A DNA stretch of 64,000 nt from Paraspadella gotoi. Its lineage: Eukaryota; Animalia; Chaetognatha. The DNA lies in assembly GCA_051294375.1 (NCBI GenBank), contig CM119264.1, positions 7,027,814 to 7,091,813 of the forward strand, in the 5' to 3' direction. Within the stretch, counting starts at the first letter, position 1; each line of letters begins with the position of its first letter. Shown here piece by piece: positions 1-15,173 of this stretch. The notes below the pieces were generated by a model that saw only the letters and a program-made list of their open reading frames with translations, ran no database searches and was not told the DNA's origin. The translations under genes and the position numbers were made by a program.

Positions 1-2477
1 ACTGATAAACTTTAAAAAGATATAAATATAAATATTTAAATATATCCGTAAATAGGCCTCGCGCCGATAAAGATGACACCGCGTGAGTCGAAAATGACGA
101 GAAAAGAAGACGCCTCCTTTTTTGTAAATTAACTGCGACGAGGGACACTACGAGTTTGTGAACGACGACAAAGAAGACGACTACGACGACGATGCCGTTA
201 CCAAAAATAAACAGAAGGGGTTGTCATTTCGCGCGGCCTCCGTCAGGGGGCGAGACTAATGAGCCTCGTTTTCAGAACAACTGAGCGGCATAACAAAAGA
301 CGGAGAGAGGGAGGGTCGAGCGGTGCCGACGGCGGCGGCGGAAGCGGCAGCGGCGGCGGCGGCGTCGTCGGCGGCGTCGGCGGCGGCGACGACGACTGCG
401 GTGAAAACGACCCCACATCCATCGATGTGTCTGCGGGCGCCTTACACTGATTTATGGATTTGCGCCGGGTCATGACATGACAACGACGACGACGACGACG
501 ACGATGAATGAGAGGAAATGGAAGACAAAGACGCCATCGATGATGATGATGATGATGATGAAGATGATGATGATGATAATTATGATGATAATAATTAGGA
601 ATCATGAGGAAGCGTGTGTACGATAGAAAAAAAAATATCAAATAATTTTAAAATCTATAGAAAATATTTGAATCCAGTGAGATTTGTTAAACTTTGATGT
701 GATTTGATGAGATTACATAACATTGATTTCATTGACAGAAATGAAGATTTTGGAGAACGAATATGTCGATTCCATGTCGCTCGTTCGTAACATGTCATAC
801 TTCACTGTTCACAGAGACGAAGAGAAAAGGGAATCAATATTGCCTAAAGTCTTCGTAACGTGATCGTCTTTTGAAGTCACCCGGTATTGTCGCGCCGACG
901 TCATTGTCTGATTTCGATTGTCTGAGCAATTCGCAATTCGCAATTCGCAATTCGCAAAGAAGAAAAGAGGATCAGAAGGGATCAGTAATAGAGATTAGGA
1001 AAAAAAAAAAAGAATAATTACTGATGATAGGAAGGGCTTCCAAATTTGTCTGAGCCAAATGTTATCAAGCGCAAAGTGGATTGGATTCCTTTCTCTCTCC
1101 CCGGTTTTTCTCCTCCCAGAAGAAGTCTTTCGCGAAAAGAGAAAAGAGCAACTTTGAAAGAAAAAAGGCGAGCGAGGCCCGGCCGTAAAAAGATCAAAGG
1201 AATCTGTAAAGGCTGCTTGAGGGAAAAAAAACGTGTTTAAGAGGTATTTTTAAGCAAAGTCACGCAAAATGGCGGACGGGAAAATCCCTTTTTTGGCGCC
1301 GTAAAAATCCAGAGCTGAGAAATAAGGGTCGTCGTTATTCGTCGTTGTCGTTGTCGTCGTTTTCGTCGTCATTTTTTATGTCAAATTTGTTATTTTCGAG
1401 ACTCGATCGGTTTTAATTTTCATCACATTTTTTAGTCTTAATCATCGTCAACACTAAGTCATTATAGTTTTACTTTTTCTTTTGTCACCGTTGTCTCACT
1501 CTCCCCCTTTTTTTCTCTCTTCCGAACAATATATTTTAGCGTAGTTTTTTTCTCAACTCAATCCGGCGACAGACTATGTACTTTCAACTTTTCATTTTCC
1601 GCTTTCTGCCCTTTTCAGTAGTTACTATTTTTATCCTTCCTTCTTTTTGACTTTGCCCTTTATGTGTTCGCTTCTTCGACTTCGAATATCGATTTCTCCA
1701 AACCTTTTTCCTGTCTTTCGTTCTCTCTCAATCAAGTAATTCCTAAATTAGAAAACTGAATCGAAAGATATGAGCAAAAATCTGAACTGCTACAATATGG
1801 AAATTACATTGAGGAACTATTATCTCAAATGAACTCGAATCTGATCCATGTTTCTCCTCATTTCTATGACAACTCTCTTCACCTAAGATTCTTTTTCTCT
1901 TTTCTGATGTTTTCTCCTTTTTCTCTCTCTCTCTCTCTCTTTCTCTCTCGCTCTGGAATTCTCATCGTCTCGAGAGTGCGCCTGCTTCCCCTCATCCTTT
2001 GCCTAATCCCCTTCCTCTCTAGAGAGGCTCTTAAGCTGCACTCTTAAGCTGCACTCTTAAGCCGCCCTCTCGAATTAATAAAGTCCCGAGTTAAGATCAT
2101 GCTCTCCAGCTGCTCTCTTAGCATATATTAATAAAATATTTTTTAATGATGGAGAAAGTAAGCAAATCAATCATTATTTTGGATGTCACATGTCCAATTA
2201 ACTATGCTGTTCTTTCGTCTTCAATACGATAAATAAAACCTCAAAATTTTCTGCTTTTACTAAAAATGCAAATCTCCATTTCACGCAGCCCGTTTTATCA
2301 TGCTTTCATGTTGCCCCCTTTTCCGCTGATAGAGTCTCAAGATTAAGCTGCCCTCTCGAATGACGAGGCCCGTTTAAATGCTGCCCGGCGTGTCCGCCCT
2401 CTCTAGACGAAATCCCCTCATCTCCATTCGCATTGATTGATAATCCCTTTTCGCTGCTTGGTTGACGAGACGTCCGC

Positions 2478-2526
<49 letters not shown>

Positions 2527-2702
2527 TCGTCTCTCTCTCTAAAACGTTTATCGCGACGACCGACTTACCTCTTTCTCTTTCCTTCGACGACTTACGCATT
2601 TTCGATAATTCACGCTCTTCTCGTCCTCAGAACGTTTCTCGAAACGAAACGCCCTCTCTCTCATCTCTTCTCTTCTCTCTCTCTCTCTCTCTCTCTCGTC
2701 TC

Positions 2703-2739
<37 letters not shown>

Positions 2740-3694
2740 CTTATTTTCAAACACCTACTCGACTCCCCAATTTTTTCCTTTCCTTTTTTTTCGACTTTCC
2801 GATAACATTATCCCCTCCCCCTTATTTCATTTTCCATTGATACTATCTCGTACCTACAATGTACATTCTACATCTCCTTTTCCTTTCTTTTTCCTTTCCT
2901 CACTTCTTTCTCTCCTCTCCCTTTCCCTTATTCACTTCCTTGAACTCTTCCTCTTCATTAATTTCTTTTTTCTCGTTTTCCCTTTCTTTTCCTTCAGTGT
3001 TACTCTCTTCTCTGACTCGCGCCATTTCTCTTTCTCCTCTTTCCTTCTCTGCTCCGTTTCCTCTCTTATTCCTCCTTCTTTCCTCTTTCCCTCGCCGACG
3101 ACCTCCATGGGGAAAGAACTGTCTCGCGCCTCCATTCTCTCTCTTAAGCAAATGCCTATTGATTAGGTTAGGTCTTTCCTTTTGTCTCGCAGAGAAATCT
3201 TTTTTTCTCTCTCTCTCTCTTCTCTCTCATCTCTCTCTCTCTCTTCTCTCTCGTCTCTCTCTCTCTCGTCTCTCTCTCTCTCCTCTCTCTCTCTCCTCAC
3301 CCTCTTCCGGCCACAATAAAAACTTTTTTGCAGTCCGCCATTTATAAAAAGTCTTTCTCGTCTCTCCTGCCCCTCCCCTCCATACTTTTTTTTCGACACA
3401 ATCAAATTTCCCGTTTCCTATTCGCTTCCCTTCTGTACCATTCCTTCTTGCTTTCCTCGCATTTTACCACATCTCTTCCACCATGCGTTCCCTAGCCCTT
3501 TACGACTCTTGTAACAGTTGTAGGCTTTCTCAGTCATCGTCTAGCCCTCCTGGCGCGGGCAGGGGGCTCGGGCTTGATTTCAAGTGTTAAACTGTCGCAT
3601 TCATCAACGTTACAAGCGACGCGTTTTTTCGAGCGAAAGAGAACGAATCGCGTTTCCGCCGCCGCGGATTCACGCCTTTTCCCTCTTGACGAGG

Positions 3695-3768
<74 letters not shown>

Positions 3769-5604
3769 ATGTTCTCCCTCTCCTGAGTCTCTTCATGTCA
3801 AACTGTGTCCTTCGTTAAAGTAAAAGTGTTCTTCTGTTTTTGACGACGACTCGAATCCTGGCGCTTTTACTTCACTCTCGCGCTGCTCTTTTGTTCGCGC
3901 TCGTTTCCGCCCATGTTTAACTAAAAAGTTAAAGATCTCCAAAGATTTCCTGACCCACAAACGCGGGTTGCCCAGGCACGGTACCTTCAATCTTTAGGTG
4001 CATGCGATGTTGTCGTGAAATTTTTAGGACCCTGACAAGTGTTTTACTTTCAATTACACAAACCATTTCTTTACTAGCGTTTACGTCATTTTCCAAGTCA
4101 TTTTTTTAGGAGTACAGCAAAGTATGAAGCCTATCCTACGGTTCCCTTGAGCATTATCTCTCTCTCTCTCTCTCTCTNNNNNNNNNNNNNNNNNNNNNNN
4201 NNNNNNNNNNNNNNNNNNNNNNNNNNNNNNNNNNNNNNNNNNNNNNNNNNNNNNNNNNNNNNNNNNNNNNNNNNNNNNNNNNNNNNNNNNNNNNNNNNNN
4301 NNNNNNNNNNNNNNNNNNNNNNNNNNNNNNNNNNNNNNNNNNNNNNNNNNNNNNNNNNNNNNNNNNNNNNNNNNNNNNNNNNNNNNNNNNNNNNNNNNNN
4401 NNNNNNNNNNNNNNNNNNNNNNNNNNNNNNNNNNNNNNNNNNNTCTTTTCCCTCTCTTTCTCTCTCGTCCGAGATATTTTTTTCTCTGCCCGCTATATTC
4501 TTTTCAAGGACGTCACCTTTCTTGCCTTTTCTCTCTCTCTCTCTCTCTCTNNNNNNNNNNNNNNNNNNNNNNNNNNNNNNNNNNNNNNNNNNNNNNNNNN
4601 NNNNNNNNNNNNNNNNNNNNNNNNNNNNNNNNNNNNNNNNNNNNNNNNNNNNNNNNNNNNNNNNNNNNNNNNNNNNNNNNNNNNNNNNNTTTCCCCCCGT
4701 TGCGACATTAGTCTTTTTTTTTATCCAATTACGAAATCATGAATAAGTTATCCATTGTTTGGCGACGCATAAAGAGGAGAGAGGAGACCCGAAAATCTCA
4801 CGGCAGAACTGAAAACCTGTGAAACACGGTGACACGGTGAATAAGCGTGGCAGGCGTTGCACGCTTGATAGAACATATTGGAGGCAAAGTGAAAGGCAGT
4901 AATTCGTGACGTTTACTCTGAGAGAAAAACAGTGAAACGCCAATGAATAGAAACACGTTATACGAAAGGTAAACGAAAGAGTGATATGACTTTTCTATAC
5001 TAATGATAATTATCAAAGCTGTCATCGTCGCTGTGGTAGATATCACCGTTGTGAGCTATTCTATCTCTCTTTTTATGATTCGTTATCGTTGGTCATCAGC
5101 TCTCTGTCACACTAGCTGAAACGCTGACACGAGCTGACACGGTGTCCGCGATCGACCGACTTTTTACCCGACTGTCGGGGCCGATTTAAAAGCGAGTTGT
5201 GACAGTAGAGAAAGAATTAAAACTCAATAAACTATAGAAAGAGAAAACAGAAAACAGTCATCAAGAATAAAAAAATTATCAGAAAATGTAAAAAATAATC
5301 CAGGAAAATAAATAAAAGTAAAAAAATGAACATAAAATATTGATAGTAGGACAGAAACTCAAGCTGTAGAAATCATTGAAAATACTAACCAAACGAGCAA
5401 GAGCCATGAAATTAGTTAAAAACTTAATGAAACCCAACCCCCAAAAAATATAGTATACAGGTGAAAAAAACGGAAAGGCACAAGCCACGAAATAAGCTAA
5501 AAAAAAAGGGACGCAGTAACGAGATGGCCGACGGTAAACACTTTAACGTCCCTCGTTAAATTCCGTTTCAATAGATTAACGGTGGGAAAAGTAAGAGGAT
5601 GAAC

Positions 5605-5660
<56 letters not shown>

Positions 5661-6463
5661 TTTTTTTTCCCAAGTCTTCTTCTTTATCCTCTGGAAATCA
5701 ATTCGAATTGTTACGTAAATCTAAGAAAAATGTAAAATGCTTTAATGCTTTATTGGCTTCATTGATTTCTTCCTCTTATAATTTGCTACACGAGAATGTC
5801 AATGAGAAACGAGGTCCTACAAAAAGTGGGTCACCATCGATTTTTCTGTCCGAAGCTTTTATCGTTTCAGCGATCATCACCTGAATTAGCCTTCTCACCT
5901 TTCTTTTCACCTTTCTTTTTCTTCTCACCTTTCTTTTCGTCTCCCGCCTATTTTTTTGTCCCTCTCATCACTTCTCTTCTCTTCTCCTGCCCTTTTCCGT
6001 CCTCTCTCATTACCTCTCTTTTCTGTCCCTGTTTTTTTTTGTCCTCAAGGCTTTTCTTCTTTTTTTTGTTTTATTAATTTTTCTTTCTGATTTGACCTGA
6101 TCCCAACGCAACTTCTTTCTTACTTCCTTGCCCTCTCCTCTTCCACGAGCAACGAAGCAATAAATTCTTTTGCTTATATCTTGATTTCACAAAACTGATT
6201 CTTCTTTTGTTTTTAATTTCTTTTTTTATCTCTCTTCCTCTCTCCCCCTCTTCCTCCTCAGAGAAATAAGTTCAACCCTTTACCACTTCTACTTTTTCTC
6301 CACTGTTCCTCCTCCTCCTCCTCTTCCTCCTCTGAGGAAATAAGATCATCCCTTTCCTCGATCAGAAACGAAAGTGAAATTGAGCGGGAAAGCTCGCAAC
6401 GTCGTGAGGCTCGCCTGGCACCGCCTGGCACCGCCTGGCACCGCGGCCCACATTTTCCATGTT

Positions 6464-6517
<54 letters not shown>

Positions 6518-8366
6518 GCTTTGTCTCATTCTCTGTCTGTCTCTCTTAATGTTTTCTCTCCCTTAATGTTTTCTGACTCCACTTTTTTGGACTTTCCTTT
6601 GTGTTCCATCCGTTTTTTTCCAGACAGCGTTTTTCCGAGTCAGACATAATCCCATTAGCGTTCACGATTTTTAGTGCCTCTAACATCATAAACCCGCTCC
6701 CATCGTTCATTCGTGTTTTCTCCGGTCGAAGGGTCTTCCCAGTCTCTCTCTCTCTTTCTCTCTCTCTTGCTTAATACTCACGAAATCAAATCGGTGCTTT
6801 TTTTCCCTCCTTTTTTTTCCTCTATCTGAACCTTTCCTTCTCTTAACCACTGTGTTTTCCTTTCTTTACCTACCTTTTCTCTCTCTTTCTCTCTCCCTCT
6901 CTCTTTCCCCCTCTCTCACTCTCTTTCCCTCTCCCGGGTGACTGGCATTTATTTCCCTCTTTTTTATTTCTCTTTGTCCGCCTCCATTTTTTCTCTTCCC
7001 CTTTCTCGTGTCATTATTCCTTTTCGTGTCATCGTTTTTTCGCAGTTCAATTTTTTACCTTCGCTTTCTCTTTCTCTTTCTCTTTCTCTTTCCAGCTTTT
7101 CCTACTTTCCGCAACTTTTTTCTAATTTTCAATCATTTTTCTTTCGCTTCTATTTGCATTTTTACTTTCACTCCCTTTTTTTTCACAATAAAATTTTACA
7201 CCGTGTCGTATTTTGTCGTTCCCCTTCTGGTTCAGGGATGGGGGAATAAAAAGAATTAGTATTCTAGTATATTTACGATATGCTGTTGGTGGTTCTGACT
7301 TTACTGACCCATTTAGTGATAGAAGCTCGCACTACCTAATTATAATTGTGTCTGTGGATAAGCTTATGTTATAATGGTTTATTTTATTAACTAACATTAA
7401 CACTTAAATTGCATTTATGATTATCATATTCTCGGCGACGAGCTATTTTAGAGCATGGGAACTCAGAAATCTTTTTTCGAACGTATGGGAGTCCTTCATT
7501 TGTAAATAAAAATTACAACGATATATATATTGTCAAAATATATGACAAATAATTTCTGTTACAATATACAAATTAGATTGAGGATCCTAATCTCATTTGA
7601 AATGAACGAATAGTTAGTTTTAATTCAGTATTCAGATTTAAATAGACATTCCTTCCAGTAACTATCGTGGCCTGACTCGAATCCGATCACCAATTCTTCG
7701 CACCTTACTTCCCCCTTACCCTCACTCCCTCACTCCCTCGTTCCCCACCCTCCTGCTCGTTCTCTTACCCGGGGATTAGTGACCCAATTTCCGCCCTTCA
7801 CTTTGACGCTCGACGCCTTCGTGAATGGCGGGCAGAGTTATGGGGAATATATAATTAAGACGAGGGTGTGAGCTGAATCTCTGAGTTGGATTCATCGCTG
7901 CATTCATGGCTCAATCCCGGGCAGGGTGAGAAACTCAATCCGTTCCGGAGCCTCGGGCTGAATTGATGGAATGTCTGAATGCGGAAGACTCAATATTTTG
8001 TTGTGGTTGAGATTGGACCCGTTCTTAGTTTAGTCATTGGCCGAATTATTAAGTACAATGATTGCTTAAATCTTTTCAACCTTGATTCGGTATAAATTAA
8101 ATATTCAAGGTTATACTCCTTTTTTCTTCTGTCTCTTTATCTCTTTTTCTTCCTCTTTTTCTTTTCTATTCTATTCTATTTCTATTCAATTCTATTTTTC
8201 TTTTGCTTCCTCTTTTTCAGACTCTTCCTCCCTTCCTTTCCTCTTATCCTTTCTCTTCCTCTCTCGCCTCAGGACTTTCCCCCTTTGGTTGTCATCGTTT
8301 TCGGTCTCCATTTCATGGATGTCGGAACCATAACCCTGAAAACAGAACCAGGTTAATGGTCGGGGC

Positions 8367-8409
<43 letters not shown>

Positions 8410-9897
8410 CCTCCCTCCCCCTCCCTCTATCGGCCACCGACATAATCTCCTCATTCATCCGAGAAGAAAAACTAATTGAGCTTTGATTCCTCATTTTGCT
8501 CGAGAATCTTTGAATCATTTAAGGACGAATCATTTATTCATTCCTCGAGTCGAGAAAATGAACATCTTCTCCATTGTTTTGGTTTTGAATAATGCAAACT
8601 CGTTATTTTGTTTTAGTCTTTTTTTTAGACATTGTTATGATTCTTTCTTTTCGTTGTGTTTTGAGGTTCTACTAAGGAAAAACAGTTTTTAATATGCAAC
8701 AACGATTTATTTGGCAAAAGTCGGACAAGTTTCTTTTTTTTTAATATTTTTTGTGTAGCTTTTTTTTTTTTTGTTAATTTTTTTTATCTTAAATCCCGGT
8801 TGGAATCTGCCTTGACTTCGCCTCGTGCCTTGACTCCGCCTTAAGTCTGCGTCGCGGTTGATTTAGGTTTTCGATCGAACCTGGGTTAGGTTGAGGTCAA
8901 TCCATGGTCGTCGTCGTCGTCGTCGTGGTTGTCGTCTTTGCACTCAACATCTTTCTCTCACGATGCCTGTTAGTTTATATTTATATTGATATGACGTATT
9001 TTTGATCTATTATTTCTTACGTATTTACAAGTTTTTTCGCCACTTTTCTGATCTTAACATCTTTATTTCTGACTCTATACTTTCCTTTTTCTTCCTTGAC
9101 TCCCAATTGTTAGGCGATATCAATAGGAAACTCGATCGATGATCGAGAGGAGAGAGAAAGAAAGAGTAGCATGAAGAAAAGAAGGGGACCAGAAAAGAGG
9201 GGAAGGGAGAAAGATAAAAAGTCAGGACAGAAAGAAGAAGGGGAGACTAGGATCATGAAGGGAGAAGAGAGGAAAATGGTGAAAAGAAAAGCGGGGAAGG
9301 GAGGAAGAGGGAAAAGATAAGGGAATACAGAGAAAGAGAGAAGCAACCGAATGTCTATTGTAAACGCACAAGTTTCATTGCTCTCAATTCTTTGCCAGAG
9401 AAAGAAAGAACCAAATTCGCGATGACGGGGAGAGAAGACCCCGGGACGCGAACCCGCAACCCCCGCCGGAGAAAAAAAAAGTGACGGGAATGAGAATGCG
9501 CGCGGCCGCCTTCGCCAAATGACGTCCGATAACGTCGTCGACCTCATATGCATATTTTTGTCCTTCAGAAAGAAAGGAGGAGGAGGAAGAGGAGAAGGAG
9601 GAGGAAAGAAAGAAAGAGGAGAGAGAATAAGAGAAAAAAGAAACGAAAAAAAAGAGATTGGACGAATTGTGTTGGGAAAATTGCGGTTAGTCGAGTTACG
9701 TCACGCCGAAGTCGTTGTTGTTTTGCAGCTTAATATCTGTTTCTTTCATCACACCGAGTCACTGATTCTTTCGTTTCGTTTTTTTTAACTAATGTCGATG
9801 GATATTGCTTGATATTGCTTGCTGGGAAGGTCGCGTCGACGTAGATGGGGCCCATCGATCAAGCATTCCCGACCGAACATCCGCTCCCTTTTCCCAC

Positions 9898-9904
<7 letters not shown>

Positions 9905-9936
<32 letters not shown>

Positions 9937-10840
9937 AGAGAGAGAGACCTCGTTCTTTCAAACTTCCGGTGGGCGTGGCCTTTTCTCAAAGATTTCTTCC
10001 TTCAGCTTGGAGGGCGCGAACGCACTGCTTGAGACGAGGGGCGAAGTGAAGATGGCGTAAGGAAAGGGCGAAGGCGAAATATCGACGGAAGGAAAAGGCG
10101 GAAAAGGAAAAGGCGAAGGGCGGGGAAAAAGGCGAATATGAATATGACGAGAGGAAGGGAAAGCAGTGATGAATATAGCGAAGAAGATAGGGAAAAGGTG
10201 ATAATGAATATGGTGAAAGAGAGAGGGAAAAGGCGGTGATATAATATGGGTGAAAGAGTGAAAGGAAATGTGAAATGATTAATGGTCAAAGAGGAAGGAA
10301 AAAGGCGGTGATAAATTGGTGAAGAGGAGGGAAAAATGAATATGGCAAAAGAGGAATGGGAAAAGGCGGATCATAATATAACGAAGAGGAAGAGAAAAGC
10401 CGAAAAATGAATATGGCAAACAGGAATGAAAAGGCAATAATGAATATGGTGAAGAAGGAAAAAGGGAAATATGGCAACTGAGGGAAGCGATAATGAATAT
10501 GGTGAAAGAGCAAGTGGAAAAGGCGATAATGAATATGGCGAAGAGGAAGGGAAAAGGCGAAAATGAGAAGGAAAGAGAGAAAGAAGAAAAAGCGTAAAGT
10601 GAAAGAAATAAGTGAAAGTGGATTGAAAAAGGCAAATAAGATTCTTCACCATGTTTTTCTCAAAAATAAAATTACATAAACTTAAAAAGAATAAACCAGG
10701 TTTATGGAAATATAGATAAAGAAGGGGAAAGTCATTGATAAGAGTGAACGGGCAGGGTAAAGCCGCCCGAAGGCTCAGGAAAAGACAAAGATCGAATGAA
10801 AGGGGGAATATATTGTAAGTGGAACCCGAAAAGAAGAGAG

Positions 10841-10899
<59 letters not shown>

Positions 10900-12457
10900 G
10901 CAAAAAAAAAAAAAAAAAAAGAAGCAGAAGGGAAAGAGACGAACGAACGGGGAGAAAGGCTTGAACATAACATCCACTGAGCGCGGTGAGGCTTGAAAAG
11001 AAATTTTCATAAGTCGACTGAGATGGTACAGATGAACGAGTCGTTGGCCCGCCGACGACGATGGATGGTTGACGGATGGCGTCGGACGCTCAGCGTCAAC
11101 GCGTTATAATGACGTTAATGTCATAACACCGAGGATGATGCGATTCCACTGGCCGACCGACTGGACCGCGGGATCCCAGGGGAAAAAGCCGACACGGGCC
11201 AGCACAGCACAGTTCTCTCGAGTACAGACGTGAGTTGGGGGCGAGGGGGGGGGGAGGGCTGTGGANNNNNNNNNNNNNNNNNNNNNNNNNGATCCGTCGG
11301 TCAGTCGGTCGCCCGTGAATCGCATCATCCTCGGGTTATGACATTTAACGTCATATAACGCGTGACGCTGACGTCCGACGCCATCCGTCACCATCCATCG
11401 TCGTCGGCGGCCAACGACGTTCATCGTCATCTCAAGTCGACTTATGAAAATTTCTTTCAAGCCTCGACGCCTCGTGGATGTATGTTCGCCTTTCTCCCCG
11501 TCGTTCGTCTTTTCCCTCTGCTTTCTTTTTTTTTTTTTTTGCCTCTCTCTCTCTCTTCTCTCTCTCTCTCCTCTCTCTCTTCTCTCTCTCTCTTCTCTCC
11601 TCTCTTCTTTCGGGTTCCCCTTAATATATCCCCCTTTCATTCGATCGTTGTCTTTATCCTGAGCCTTCGGGCGCTTTGACCCTGCCCGTTCACTCTTATC
11701 AATGACTTTCCCCTTCTTTATCTATATTTCCATAAACCGTTTATTCTTTTTAAGTATTATGTAATTTTTATTTTTGAGAAAAACATGGTAAGATCTTGAT
11801 TTGCCTTTTTCAATCCACTTTCACTTTTCTTTCACTTTACGGCTTTTTTCTCTTTCTCTCTTTCCTTCTTCATTTTCGCCTTTTCCCTTCCTCTTCGCCA
11901 TATTCATTATCGCCTTTTCCACTGCTCTTCACCATATTCATTTTCGCCTTTTCCCTTCCTCTTCACCATATTCATTATTGCCTTTTCCATTCCTGTTTGC
12001 CATATTCATTTTTGGCTTTTCTCTTCCTCTTCGTTATATTCATTATCGCCTTTTCCCATTCCTCTTTGCCATATTCATTTTCCCTTCCTCTTCACCATAT
12101 TTATCACCGCCTTTTTCCTTCCTCTTTGCCATAATCATTATCACATTTTCCTTTCCTCTTCACCATATATATCACCGCCTTTTCCCTTCCTCTTCACCAT
12201 ATTCATTATCACCTTTTCCCTTCTTCTTCGCTATATTCATCACTGCTTTTTCCCTTCTTCTTCGTCATATTCATATTCGCCTTTTTCCCCGCCCTTCGCC
12301 TTTTCCTTTTTCGCCTTTTCCTTCGTCGATATTTTCGCCTTCGCCCTTTCCTTACGCCATTCACTTCGCCCTCGTCTCAAGCAGGCGTCGCGCCGTCCCA
12401 AGGGTGAAGGAAGAAATCTTTGAGAAAAGCCACGCCCACCGGAAGTTGAAAGACGAG

Positions 12458-12505
<48 letters not shown>
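9905..12505. repeat. ~1.2-kb-arm inverted duplication centred on a 25-N gap
   Basis: 9905-11175 is the reverse complement of 11291-12505 with scattered indels; gap at 11266-11290. Confidence 0.92.
10060..10600 (+). repeat. Purine-rich ~33-36 bp minisatellite (mirrored at ~11850-12350)
   Basis: Repeated unit approximating gaagaggaagggaaaaggcgataatgaatatggt. Confidence 0.85.
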
Positions 12506-12508
<3 letters not shown>

Positions 12509-12719
12509 ATCTCTCTCTTTCTCCCTCTCTCCCATATGTGATTTCTGAGTACTGCCAAAATAAGCGGGATAGATTTACGAAATAAAGAAAGATCAGAAAA
12601 ATAATAAATATTTTTTATTAAAATTTTCTTTAAAATAGTTTATTGTTGTTGTTAAAGAAGCGCGTGAAAACTGTTGGTTTCGCTGAATTCAAATCCTCTG
12701 CATCCTAATCCAATTTATT

Positions 12720-12801
<82 letters not shown>

Positions 12802-13101
12802 CGTCGCAACAGAATTTGGTCTTCTTCCATTCGTTGCAATCCTTCTCTGTAGTATTTGCCCTCTTTTTAAAATTCAAAAAGTTAAATAACTAAATCAAAT
12901 ATTTATTTTTAATATTACATAATCATCAGTAATTTAAGAGAACCGTCGCTATTCTTCGCCTTAACCTTTCCCCGGTCTCGCATTACCAATTATTTAAGGT
13001 TCGACCGAAAATGACGAATGTCAATCTCATTCGTTACCAAGGATACCAATTATATGCCAATTATATGCCAATTATATGCCAATTATATGCCAATTATATG
13101 C

Positions 13102-13350
13102 CTTTTCATACAATTGAAACATTCTTTGAAATATTATACCACTTCATTGATAGGGAAGCCAGGTACTCTGGGAGTAAATAAACGGGACTGTGAGAGAGTC
13201 TTGATTGAAAGCTTGCAGGGACCTGCTATGTAATTATCTTGTAAGAGTGATGGAGGCTTTAAACCACCAAAGCCTGTCCAAAGTCAGGGGCAAGATAGCT
13301 TATTTAATAAATGAATGGATAATTTTTATATTGGTTGTACCAATTTCATT
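13102..13350 (+). repeat. Dispersed ~250-bp repeat family, copy 1
   Basis: tgatagggaagccaggtactctgggag...gcagggacctgctatg...aaagcctgtccaaagtcagggg...ttggttgtaccaatttcat, shared with copies at 15.1, 26.1 and 39.7 kb. Confidence 0.9.
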
Positions 13351-14600
13351 TCATTTATATATTTGCATCCATCATTACCGATCGGTCGAGGCGAGAATTT
13401 TTGGCGCGGCGGTATTTTTTTTTTTTTACACGTTTATTAACACAATTTACGACAAAGACGATGACCTTCATTTAACTATAACGCAACGACAACGACGATG
13501 ACAACGACAATGACAACGACGACAACAACGACAACGACGATCGTTAGGGACCGAAAGTAAAAATGGGAGGAAAGCGATGAAGTTGGAAAGAAACGACGTC
13601 GTAGGTAACGACGACATTATCGACGACGACGACGACGACGAAGACGACGACGACATTCGCGAGCCGGGGACAATGGTCGCCGGTTTTCCCGGTCGGGACA
13701 ATGGGCGCGACGCCGTCTCACCGTCAGACGCACCTGCGTGGGGGTGGGCGTTGTGGAGAGCGGCGCCGCTTTAAGGCACTTGGAGGACTTCCGCTTTTCT
13801 TATCTCGAGGAAAATTAGTCGTCGCCGGGGAGAAGATGGGTTTTCGAAGGTGGGCGGGTGGATTGGTGGAGGGGTGGGTGGGTGATGGAGGTGGAAGAGA
13901 GGGTTAAGGTGGGTAAGGTGTGGGGTGCGGTGGGATTTTTAACTTGATAATCGGGGAATGAAGGAGTGTGTGGACGGAACGAGTTTCAGATTAAGAATGA
14001 ATTTATTCTTCAACAAGGTTAATAACGATAACAGTCAAAAGGTTCAGATGCTGAGTCTCTAACTATGGATATTTACAAGGTTAAAGTTTGACCATAAAGA
14101 GAAGAGCAAAACAATCGAGGGTAAGATTGAAATTAAGGTCCAATGGTTTGACCGAGTTGTTCGTCCACTTGGGTCAAATTCTCAAAAACGATTGACTTTG
14201 AATTGTATGGGCACTAATTGGTTTTTATTTTTTTACTTTTTATCTTTTCAACTTCTAATTACTAGAAAATTTGTGGAATTTAAAACTGATATTTAAGTCT
14301 CTTGCATGTAACGAAACTTTATTCGAAAAATAGTTCTACATCAGTAAAGTATAAATATTTATTTCCCTAATCATACATCTTATACAACGTTATAAAACTA
14401 AGGTTCGAAAGGTTGAACCTAATGCTCCGAACAATGAAATCTCGAAATGAAAGCGAAAAGGAAGAAATGAACGAGGAAATGAACGAGGAAATGAACGTCA
14501 AAGACGCAATGAGATTCTAAGTCTGACCGAAGGAGAAGGAACCAATTCGAGAAGCGAAAATGGAAAGTGGATTCCGGGATTGTTGAGAGAATTGAGAGAG

Positions 14601-14665
<65 letters not shown>

Positions 14666-15055
14666 CAGACAGATGTGCGTTCCCAAGCATATACAAATTT
14701 GTCCTTGAATCAAAAATCTTTTTGAACAAAATATTTCATTCTGAGACGGCTGGCCTTTAAACCCCCCTCCCTTTCGCGCGCGGTGGGCGTGGCCGATAAA
14801 TGGACGGATCCGGGTCCACCGTTTCCTTTTTTTTTTGCTTCTTGCATCCGCTAGTCTCGCCTGCGGAACAGGTGCGACGGATGGAGGCACCTGTGACCAG
14901 GCGACGAGTTGATTCGTTTGGTGGAAAGGAAACATTGACAAGACGAAAGGCTAGGTCGACGATATTATTTGTTCACAATACCAATTAATTACATGTTAAA
15001 AACTAACAAAAGTCCTAGAATTCTCATTTAATATTTATAATATATTAATCATTTT

Positions 15056-15173
15056 ATTTATCTTGTAAGAGTGATGGAGGCCTTAAACTACCAAAGCCTG
15101 TCCAAAGCCTAGGGAAGATAGCTTATTTATTAAATGAATGGATAATTTTTATATTGGTTGTACCAATTTCATA
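15056..15173 (+). repeat. Dispersed repeat family, copy 2 (3' half only)
   Basis: ttatcttgtaagagtgatggaggccttaaac...ttggttgtaccaatttcat. Confidence 0.88.

Noticed and set aside
10060-12350. Regularly spaced repeats resembling a CRISPR array
   Set aside because: Degenerate tandem minisatellite without unique spacers; eukaryotic context; no cas genes.
13200-13290. Dispersed repeat as tRNA-, SL-RNA-, twister- or HDV-derived (ggtttaaggc on the minus strand)
   Set aside because: No convincing B box, Sm site, splice donor or ribozyme core could be identified.
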